This document shows positions 26,797-33,346 of a stretch of 33,346 bases of DNA, one piece after another. Position numbers and translations under genes: made by a program. This DNA comes from a virus (lineage: Duplodnaviria; Caudoviricetes): positions 1 through 33,346 of the IMG/VR virus record IMGVR_UViG_3300026260_000017; one strand, written 5' to 3'. Every line of letters starts with the position of its first letter. Positions within the stretch are counted from its first letter, which is position 1. Under the pieces are notes generated by a model. The model saw only the letters and a program-made list of their open reading frames with translations, did no database searches and was not told the DNA's origin.

Positions 26797-26967
26797 GTAA
26801 TCTGGTCAATTAACATTATGATTGCTATCCTTCTTATTGCTGTAGGGATTTCAATATACTACATAATGATGTATGATACTTGGTATCCTAATGAGCAAAT
26901 CAGTGAAGATAGCGGTATTAGAATCACAGGTAGAGAGATTACTGGAGAAGCAGAAGGAGCTCACTGA
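26674..26967 (+). CDS. Chimeric membrane protein: petE-like leader fused to a hydrophobic peptide (VIWSINIMIAILLIAVGISIYYIMMYD)
   Basis: Two hydrophobic segments with an abrupt change after GGN; the C-terminus overlaps the next ORF by 77 nt. Confidence 0.6.
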   Translation: MKHEIMWWLSRLTIMVTSLFLSFTLAAQAYAADMTMGAGGNVIWSINIMIAILLIAVGISIYYIMMYDTWYPNEQISEDSGIRITGREITGEAEGAH

Positions 26968-27169
26968 AAGAGTTCGTGCTAATGAGAAGGTAGTAGCTGC
27001 TATAGGTCTTCTTGGATCTATAGCAATTGCTATTATTAGTGCAGGATATTTTGCTCCAGAGGCAGATGCACACATGCTAAATAATACACTTATGGAGATT
27101 GACTATGGGTGCCATGGTCCCGCCAAGTCGGAAGAGTTGTTACAACTTCAGAGTAACAGAAATCGTTAA
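26891..27169 (+). CDS. Coiled-coil plus single transmembrane hypothetical protein
   Basis: ATG at 26891; IAVLESQVERLLEKQKELTERVRANEK followed by VVAAIGLLGSIAIAIISAGYF. Confidence 0.65.
   Translation: MSKSVKIAVLESQVERLLEKQKELTERVRANEKVVAAIGLLGSIAIAIISAGYFAPEADAHMLNNTLMEIDYGCHGPAKSEELLQLQSNRNR
27077..27083 (+). promoter_or_regulatory. Late promoter variant CTAAATA upstream of the nuclease gene
   Basis: 21 nt before the ATG at 27105, with GGAG RBS at 27094-27097. Confidence 0.6.
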
Positions 27170-27569
27170 AGTTCTTGACGGAGATACTATCGATGTACTT
27201 ATCGATTTGGGATTTGATCTCTATAAAAAGGAGAGAGTTAGAATCGCTGGCGTTGATACACCAGAGAAACGAACGAGAGACAAAGAGGAGAAAGCACTTG
27301 GAATCGACGCAACCAACTGGCTCAAAGAGAAATTGGAATCCACTATTGCTGGTGACGATGAGCTTACTATTAGGACTGAACTTGTTGGTGGTGTCGGTAA
27401 ATATGGCCGTCTTCTTGGGTGGTTATACATTGGGGATGCAGACGTGTCCCTCAACGAAGATATGATTGAAGAAGGATATGCTTGGAGCTACGATGGCGGC
27501 ACTAAACAGAAAGATTTTGAGAGCTTACGTGAAATTAGGCGTTCGCTTGGGACACTGGTCGAGTGTTGA
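27105..27569 (+). CDS. Staphylococcal/micrococcal nuclease-like (SNase, thermonuclease) protein
   Basis: KVLDGDTIDV, RVRIAGVDTPE, GKYGRLLGWLY, LNEDMIEEGYA are SNase-family motifs. Confidence 0.9.
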   Translation: MGAMVPPSRKSCYNFRVTEIVKVLDGDTIDVLIDLGFDLYKKERVRIAGVDTPEKRTRDKEEKALGIDATNWLKEKLESTIAGDDELTIRTELVGGVGKYGRLLGWLYIGDADVSLNEDMIEEGYAWSYDGGTKQKDFESLREIRRSLGTLVEC

Positions 27570-27649
27570 TCAGACCTACATAGATTCAAATGGTGAGACA
27601 GGTAGAAGAGTATACGCTGACTGGCTCATCCCACTTGAGGAATATTAAA

Positions 27650-27856
27650 ATGAGAGATACATTGATTAAGGCACTTCTGGCACACGCCCAAGGAGATATT
27701 GCCAAACATAAAGCAAATGTTGAAATTTATCTCACCAATCCTGCAGGTATAGGTGATCATTCAAATGTTCTTGAAGCAATAGAGCAAGAACTTAATATGA
27801 TTGCCAAGTATCAGGATCAAATTGATGTTATTAACAAATATTTTAAGAATGAATAA
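27650..27856 (+). CDS. Small helical hypothetical protein, 68 aa
   Basis: ATG at 27650 with GAGG RBS; ANVEIYLTNPAGIGDHSNVLEAIEQEL is a motif typical of T4-like marine phage small proteins (recalled). Confidence 0.8.
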   Translation: MRDTLIKALLAHAQGDIAKHKANVEIYLTNPAGIGDHSNVLEAIEQELNMIAKYQDQIDVINKYFKNE

Positions 27857-27875
27857 ATGACAGATTTGGAGAGCT

Positions 27876-27882
27876 CTAAATA
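27876..27882 (+). promoter_or_regulatory. Late promoter variant CTAAATA upstream of gp17
   Basis: Intergenic, 23 nt before the GTG at 27906. Confidence 0.65.
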
Positions 27883-27905
27883 TTAAGTAGTGAACTAGTT
27901 TTGTT

Positions 27906-29555
27906 GTGTCTAGTAATGATGTGTATTTGGGTAATCCCAATCTAAAGAAAGCGGGAACCCCAATACAATTTACAAAAAAGCAAGTTAATGAATGGATCAA
28001 GTGTAAAGAAGATCCAATTTATTTTGCAATGAATTATATTAAAATCATTAACTTGGATGAGGGTTTGGTTCCCTTCAGCATGTATGATTTTCAAAAAGAG
28101 ATTTTGCGTGACTTCCATGAAAACAGATTCAACATTGCAAAACTTCCTAGACAAACTGGCAAATCTACTACAGTTGTCGCTTATCTATTATACTATGCTA
28201 TCTTTAACGATAGTGTTAATATTGGTATCCTTGCTAACAAGGCTTCTACCGCAAGGGAACTACTCGGTCGTCTTCAATTAGCATATGAGAATTTGCCAAA
28301 GTGGATGCAACATGGAATATTAGTATGGAACAAAGGTAATGTCGAACTCGAAAATGGATCAAAGATACTGGCTGCTTCTACGTCTGCAAGTGCTGTCCGA
28401 GGCATGTCGTTCAATATCCTCTTCCTCGACGAATTCGCTTTCGTTCCGAACCATGTTGCAGAACAATTCTTTGCTTCTGTTTATCCTACTATTACTTCTG
28501 GTAAGTCCACGAAAGTCATAATCATATCTACACCCAATGGTATGAACCACTTCTACAAGACGTGGGAGGATGCTAAGAGAGGTAAGAATGGTTACATAAC
28601 TAATGAAGTACACTGGTCTCAAGTTCCAGGCAGAGATGCTAAGTGGAAAGAAGAGACATTAAGAAACACATCCAAGAGACAGTTCGCACAAGAGTTTGAA
28701 TGTGACTTCTTAGGATCTGCTGATACATTAATCAGTCCATCGAAACTCCAAAATATACCATTCCATGACCCCATAGCTAGTAATGCAGGACTTGACATTT
28801 ATAAGAGAGCAGAAAAGGATCACGAATACATTGTTACTGTCGATGTTGCCAGAGGAATCGGTGGCGATTATTCTGCTTTCATCGTGTTTGATATCACCAC
28901 TGTGCCGTATCAGATCGTTGCAAAGTACAGAAATAATGAGATTAAACCTGTACTGTTTCCCTCGGTAATTTTTCAGGTATGTAAAGAATATAGTAATCCA
29001 TACGTATTAGTAGAGGTAAATGACATTGGAGATTCTATTGCTGCTACTCTTAATTACGACCTTGAATACCCTAACGTACTTATGTGTGCTATGCGTGGTA
29101 GAGCTGGTCAAGTTGTGGGGCAAGGGTTCTCAGGAAACAAAACACAACTAGGTGTGAAGATGAGTATAACCGTGAAGAAGATCGGTTGCTCTAATCTCAA
29201 AGCTATTATTGAAGAAGATAAATTATTATTCAATGACTTCCAGATCTTCCAAGAGCTAACTACCTTTGTACAAAAGAAACAAGCATGGGAAGCAGACGAG
29301 GGATATCATGATGACCTCGTAATGTGTATGGTTATATTCGCATGGTTAGTCATGCAGGAATATTTCAAAGAAATGACTGATACAGATATTAGGAGGAGAA
29401 TTTACGATGAACAACGAAACCAAATTGAACAGGATATGGCTCCTTTTGGGTTTATTGACGATGGCATGGGTGATGATACCTTCGTGGACGCAGACGGCGA
29501 TCTGTGGGCATACGGAGACAAGCAAGAAGAGGTTGGCTATATGTGGAACTACTAA
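27906..29555 (+). CDS. gp17: Terminase large subunit gp17
   Basis: YLGNPNLK, Walker A PRQTGKST, Walker B ILFLDEFAF, ISTPNG, QEFECDF, nuclease VDVARG and HDDLVM; GTG start; uninterrupted. Confidence 0.97.
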   Translation: MSSNDVYLGNPNLKKAGTPIQFTKKQVNEWIKCKEDPIYFAMNYIKIINLDEGLVPFSMYDFQKEILRDFHENRFNIAKLPRQTGKSTTVVAYLLYYAIFNDSVNIGILANKASTARELLGRLQLAYENLPKWMQHGILVWNKGNVELENGSKILAASTSASAVRGMSFNILFLDEFAFVPNHVAEQFFASVYPTITSGKSTKVIIISTPNGMNHFYKTWEDAKRGKNGYITNEVHWSQVPGRDAKWKEETLRNTSKRQFAQEFECDFLGSADTLISPSKLQNIPFHDPIASNAGLDIYKRAEKDHEYIVTVDVARGIGGDYSAFIVFDITTVPYQIVAKYRNNEIKPVLFPSVIFQVCKEYSNPYVLVEVNDIGDSIAATLNYDLEYPNVLMCAMRGRAGQVVGQGFSGNKTQLGVKMSITVKKIGCSNLKAIIEEDKLLFNDFQIFQELTTFVQKKQAWEADEGYHDDLVMCMVIFAWLVMQEYFKEMTDTDIRRRIYDEQRNQIEQDMAPFGFIDDGMGDDTFVDADGDLWAYGDKQEEVGYMWNY

Positions 29556-29818
29556 TGGATATTGGGGAGCAGTTCAGCTTAGAACACCTTCTTTTTAAAG
29601 AGAGGACTTGTAGATCATGTCATAAAAATAAAAATCTGATTGAAGATTTCTATATGACTAGAAGATCTAAGAGGGGATTGCCATCAGCATATTCTTATGA
29701 GTGTAAAGACTGTACTATAAAAAGAATTTTAGAAAATAGAAAAAAGAGGAAAGATAAACCAGACATACCATATGATCCTGTCCCTAGATTTGGACCAGAC
29801 ATTTATCCTGACTGGTAG
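29555..29818 (+). CDS. Small Zn-finger protein (CxxC...CxxC), 87 aa
   Basis: TAATG-coupled ATG at 29555; CRSC...FY...CKDC, basic tail, ends YPDW. Confidence 0.75.
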   Translation: MDIGEQFSLEHLLFKERTCRSCHKNKNLIEDFYMTRRSKRGLPSAYSYECKDCTIKRILENRKKRKDKPDIPYDPVPRFGPDIYPDW

Positions 29819-29856
29819 GTTGTTCATGCATTGTTTCCCCAGTAGAGACCATGGAA

Positions 29857-29876
29857 TATCTAAATACTTTTAGATA
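29857..29876 (+). promoter_or_regulatory. Late promoter CTAAATA (29860-29866) embedded in a perfect 8-bp inverted repeat
   Basis: TATCTAAA-TACT-TTTAGATA; GAGG RBS before the gp18 ATG at 29903. Confidence 0.7.
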
Positions 29877-29902
29877 AATTTGATATCTAGAGGTAAAAAA
29901 AC

Positions 29903-31813
29903 ATGGCAAGTCAAGTCTCGCCTGGTGTTGTTATTAGAGAACGTGATTTATCCAATGCGGTTGTAGTTGGTTCTAGTGCCCTTCGTGGTGCTATTTCCTC
30001 TTCATTTCGCAAAGGACCAGTAGGCAAAATTGTACAGATAAGTTCTGAAAGAGAACTAATTGATATTTTTGGAGCACCATCCGAGGCCAACGCTGGCGAT
30101 TGGTTAGTTGCATCCGAATTCCTTCGTTATGGTGGAACACTAGCAGTTGTTCGTGCAGCAACTGGTGTACTAAACGCAACCCTTTCTGGAACAGGAGTCC
30201 TTATCGGTAGTGAAGAAGCTTTCGATGCAGGTGTAACTTCTGAAAAGTTTGCTGCTAGAGACGCTGGTTCCGATGGTAACAACCTTCGTGTTGTTATTGT
30301 AGATAAAGTTGCAGATGCAAAAATGACCAAAGCAGGTCATGGTCTTGCAGTTGGTGGCACAGTTAATGACGGTGCTAACGACCACGAAGTTACAGTTGTT
30401 ATTGATGCCAACACTGTTGGTATTAAAGAAGGTGCTGCTCCTGCAGTAACTGGTAACAGTTTCACTAAGTCTGCTTTCACCAACTCTGACTGGAACGCAC
30501 TTCCAATCGGATCAACTGGTTTAACATATAAAGCAATTGCTCCCCGTCCTAACACCAGTGCTTTCGCTTCTGAGCGTTACCTATCTGGTGATGAAGTACA
30601 CGTTGCTGTTATTGACGAAACATCAAACACTATTATCGAAAGATCTACATATCTTTCAAAACTTTCTGATGCTAAGACACCTGAAGGTGCTAGTGCATAT
30701 TGGAAAGATTACCTTAATGAATTTTCTGCATATGTTTATGCAGGTCAAGGATTAAGCTCTTCTGAGTTTAGTACACTTGGCGAAGATCCTGGTTCTGCTG
30801 CTGCATCTTACGGTGCTACTGCTGCATCTCCATTGGTTATTGCATACATCAAGTCTACTGCTGGTGGTCCTCTATCAGGTGGTACAGATGACTATGCATA
30901 CACTTCTGGTGAAGTACAAGCAGGATACGATCTATTCCTAGACACTGAAGAAACCACTGTAGACTTCGTTCTAATGGGTGGCGACGGTGCTAACGAAACT
31001 GACACAATCGCTAAGGCACAAGCAGTTGCTGCTGTTGCAAATAGTAGAAAGGATTGTATCGCATTCGTTTCTCCTTGGTCTGGTGCTCAAGTAGCTACCT
31101 CTGGTGGTGCTGCACTATCTCCTGCAACTCAATTAACGAATACTTTATCCTTCATGGATAATATTTCTTCTAGTTCTTACGTTGTAAAAGACAGTGGACT
31201 TAAGTACACATACGACAGATTCAACGACAAGTATCGTTACATCGGTACAAACGGTGATGTTGCTGGTCTTTGTGTTTCTACTTCCGCAATCCTAGATGAT
31301 TGGTTCTCTCCTGCAGGAGTGAGTCGTGGTGGTTTACAGAATGTTGTAAAACTCGCTTTCAATCCTAACAAGGCACAGAGAGATGATCTTTACACCAGTG
31401 CAGTAAACCCAATCGTTGCTTTCCCTGGTGCTGGTCCTATCCTATTTGGTGACAAGACTGCACTTGCTTCTCCATCTGCATTCGACAGAATTAACGTTCG
31501 TCGTTTATTCTTGAATGTTGAAAAGAGAGCTAAAGCATTAGCAGAATCAGTTCTATTTGAACAGAATGATTCAACAACTCGTTCTGGTTTCTCTTCTTCT
31601 ATTGGTTCTTACCTTGCTGAGGTTCAGGCACGTAGAGGTGTAACTGATTTTCTAGTTGTTTGTGATGATACCAACAATACTCCAGAAGTCATTGACAGAA
31701 ATGAGTTTGTTGCTGAACTCTACCTCAAGCCTACACGCTCGATTAACTACGTAACAGTTACTGTAACTGCTACAAGAACGGGTGTCTCGTTCGCTGAAGT
31801 CGTCGGTAGATAA
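29903..31813 (+). CDS. gp18: Tail sheath protein gp18
   Basis: SPGVVIRERDL, RKDCIAFVSP, WFSPAG..RG, GDKT...SAFDRINVRRLF, NNTPEVIDRNEF, KPTRSINY. Confidence 0.97.
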   Translation: MASQVSPGVVIRERDLSNAVVVGSSALRGAISSSFRKGPVGKIVQISSERELIDIFGAPSEANAGDWLVASEFLRYGGTLAVVRAATGVLNATLSGTGVLIGSEEAFDAGVTSEKFAARDAGSDGNNLRVVIVDKVADAKMTKAGHGLAVGGTVNDGANDHEVTVVIDANTVGIKEGAAPAVTGNSFTKSAFTNSDWNALPIGSTGLTYKAIAPRPNTSAFASERYLSGDEVHVAVIDETSNTIIERSTYLSKLSDAKTPEGASAYWKDYLNEFSAYVYAGQGLSSSEFSTLGEDPGSAAASYGATAASPLVIAYIKSTAGGPLSGGTDDYAYTSGEVQAGYDLFLDTEETTVDFVLMGGDGANETDTIAKAQAVAAVANSRKDCIAFVSPWSGAQVATSGGAALSPATQLTNTLSFMDNISSSSYVVKDSGLKYTYDRFNDKYRYIGTNGDVAGLCVSTSAILDDWFSPAGVSRGGLQNVVKLAFNPNKAQRDDLYTSAVNPIVAFPGAGPILFGDKTALASPSAFDRINVRRLFLNVEKRAKALAESVLFEQNDSTTRSGFSSSIGSYLAEVQARRGVTDFLVVCDDTNNTPEVIDRNEFVAELYLKPTRSINYVTVTVTATRTGVSFAEVVGR

Positions 31814-31853
31814 TCTAAAAGTATAACGAGAAAAAAACACGAGGTAACAAACA

Positions 31854-32441
31854 ATGGCAACAGTCAATAACGTAAGTTCGTTTCTACAGAATATTGGGCA
31901 AGGCGTCAAACCTAACATGTTTATGGTTGACGTTAAGTTCCCAGATGTTCTAGACAAAAACGATTCGCAGGACTTGATCAACGTAATGTGCAAGTCCGCA
32001 GCACTTCCAGGTTCTAACTTGGGAGTGATCGAGGTTCCTTTCAGAGGAAGAACAGTTAAGATCGCAGGTGACAGAACCTTCGATACTTGGACTGCAACAT
32101 TCTTCAATGATAAGGATCTCAAGCTACGCTCCTTCTTTGAGCAATGGGCAAATACCATCAATACTCACGATGATAACTCTGCTCCTCTGTTCAAACCTAA
32201 CAAGAGTGATGGTTACATGGGTGAACTAATTGTTAAGCAACTTGAGAAGGATTCTTCTGCAGGTGGAGCTATCCTAAGACAGTACACACTAATACATTGC
32301 TTCCCAACTAACGTTTCTCCTATCGATCTTGCTTATGATAGCAATGATCAGATTGAAGAATTCACAGTTGAGTGGCAGTATTCTTACTTCACTGCACAGG
32401 GTGGAAACCGTGACGGCGTAAGTACGCTTGGCGTGGTCTGA
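31854..32441 (+). CDS. gp19: Tail tube protein gp19
   Basis: KPNMFMV, CKSAALPGSNLG.IEVPFRGR.VKIAGDRTFDTW, IDLAYD..DQIEEFTVEWQY. Confidence 0.97.
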   Translation: MATVNNVSSFLQNIGQGVKPNMFMVDVKFPDVLDKNDSQDLINVMCKSAALPGSNLGVIEVPFRGRTVKIAGDRTFDTWTATFFNDKDLKLRSFFEQWANTINTHDDNSAPLFKPNKSDGYMGELIVKQLEKDSSAGGAILRQYTLIHCFPTNVSPIDLAYDSNDQIEEFTVEWQYSYFTAQGGNRDGVSTLGVV

Positions 32442-32447
32442 TAAATA
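32440..32447 (+). promoter_or_regulatory. Late promoter GATAAATA upstream of gp20
   Basis: Overlaps the gp19 stop, 31 nt before the ATG at 32479. Confidence 0.7.
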
Positions 32448-32478
32448 GTTGGAAGCATACTTATTTGAATAGGTAATC

Positions 32479-33346
32479 ATGAGTCAGTTATTTGGCTTCC
32501 AAATTAATCGCAAGGAGGGTCAGAAGGGTCAGTCCCCTGTCCCTCCTAATGCTGATGAGGCAATTGCCGTAGCAGCAGGTGGTTACTATGGAACATATGT
32601 TGACACGGACAATCAAGCTCGTAACGAGTATGAAATGATCCGTCGTTATCGTGACATGGCACTACACCCTGAGGTGGATAGTGCAGTTGACGAAGTTGTA
32701 AATGAATTTATTGTGAGTGATGCTCATGATACTCCAGTAGAAATTAATCTAGATAATCTAGATGCTGGAATGAATATTAAAAAGAAAGTTAGAGATGAAT
32801 TTGAGTATATCAAACGTCTTTTAAACTTTGACAATCGAGCACATGAGATTGTCAGATCTTGGTATATTGATGGAAGACTTTATTATCACAAGGTCATTGA
32901 CCTAGAAAATCCAAAGAAAGGTATTACGGAACTTCGGTATATTGATCCTATGAAGATCAAGAAGGTCCGACAAAAAATTGATCAAAAACCAAAAGACTCT
33001 TTAGCTAGAGAAGCAATTAAAGGCACTGCTCTTGAGTTTGAATACGGTACATTTGTTGACTACTATCTTTTCAATCCAAAAGGATTCTATAAAGGTGGAG
33101 TTCTTGGTCCTATAGGAGACATGTCATTGTCACAAGGTGTCAAGATGGCAGTAGATAGTATTACATATGCACCATCTGGACTACAAGATTTAAACAAGAG
33201 GATGACTCTTGGTTTCCTACACAAGGCAATCAAGGCACTCAATCAACTTAGAATGATTGAAGATTCGCTTGTTATCTATAGATTGTCCCGTGCTCCTGAA
33301 CGTAGAATATTCTACATCGATGTAGGTAATCTACCTAAGGTAAAAG
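32479..33346 (+). CDS. gp20: Portal vertex protein gp20 (3'-truncated by the window edge; not in ORF track)
   Basis: Manual translation MSQLFGFQINRK...IRRYRDMALHPEVDSAVDEVVNE...WYIDGRLYYHK...LHKAIKALNQLRMIEDSLVIYRLSRAPERRIFYIDVGNLPKVK. Confidence 0.97.
   Translation, partial: MSQLFGFQINRKEGQKGQSPVPPNADEAIAVAAGGYYGTYVDTDNQARNEYEMIRRYRDMALHPEVDSAVDEVVNEFIVSDAHDTPVEINLDNLDAGMNIKKKVRDEFEYIKRLLNFDNRAHEIVRSWYIDGRLYYHKVIDLENPKKGITELRYIDPMKIKKVRQKIDQKPKDSLAREAIKGTALEFEYGTFVDYYLFNPKGFYKGGVLGPIGDMSLSQGVKMAVDSITYAPSGLQDLNKRMTLGFLHKAIKALNQLRMIEDSLVIYRLSRAPERRIFYIDVGNLPKVK

Noticed and set aside
27466-27648. 60-aa ORF as an independent gene
   Set aside because: More than half overlaps the nuclease out of frame; only the tail looks coding, and it is treated as a possible frameshift remnant.
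26873-29554. Longer ORF-track starts at 26873, 27099, 27590 and 29504
   Set aside because: Downstream ATGs (26891, 27105, 27650, 29555) have better RBS, coupling or less overlap.
31652-32161. 169-aa minus-strand ORF
   Set aside because: Antisense to the conserved gp18 and gp19 genes; no recognisable domain.
27906-33346. Introns or inteins in gp17, gp18 or gp20
   Set aside because: Frames are continuous, with expected lengths and motif order.
1-33346. tRNA or rRNA genes
   Set aside because: Intergenic gaps are short and none showed a cloverleaf with a T-loop motif; tRNAscan was not run.

Overview
AT-rich window from a T4-like marine cyanophage (Kyanoviridae-type myovirus; a Prochlorococcus/Synechococcus host is inferred from gene content). 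All credible genes are on the + strand. Order: 5'-truncated giant virion protein; 166-aa structural protein; 3914-aa fibre/baseplate-appendage protein; a five-gene cassette (Gly/Trp-rich repeat protein, fibre-chaperone-like protein, unknown helical protein, U32-family Fe-S enzyme fused to a SAM methyltransferase, 2OG-Fe(II) oxygenase); small coiled-coil ORF; gp13, gp14, gp15, gp16; the variable gp16-gp17 island (small ORFs, purN, an apparent petE remnant fused to a membrane peptide, SNase-like nuclease); gp17; Zn-finger ORF; gp18; gp19; 3'-truncated gp20. T4-type late promoter motifs precede most structural genes. Most notable: (1) the 3914-aa protein appears built as nested, Russian-doll domain insertions whose opening and closing motifs balance exactly; (2) it contains two helical domains whose motif spacing matches phycobiliproteins, including the bilin-binding Cys; (3) a putative hydroxylate-then-methylate enzyme cassette sits inside the structural region; (4) an in-frame petE deletion-fusion; (5) a long hairpin starting just after a late promoter. 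Family assignments come from motif recognition by eye; no searches were run.
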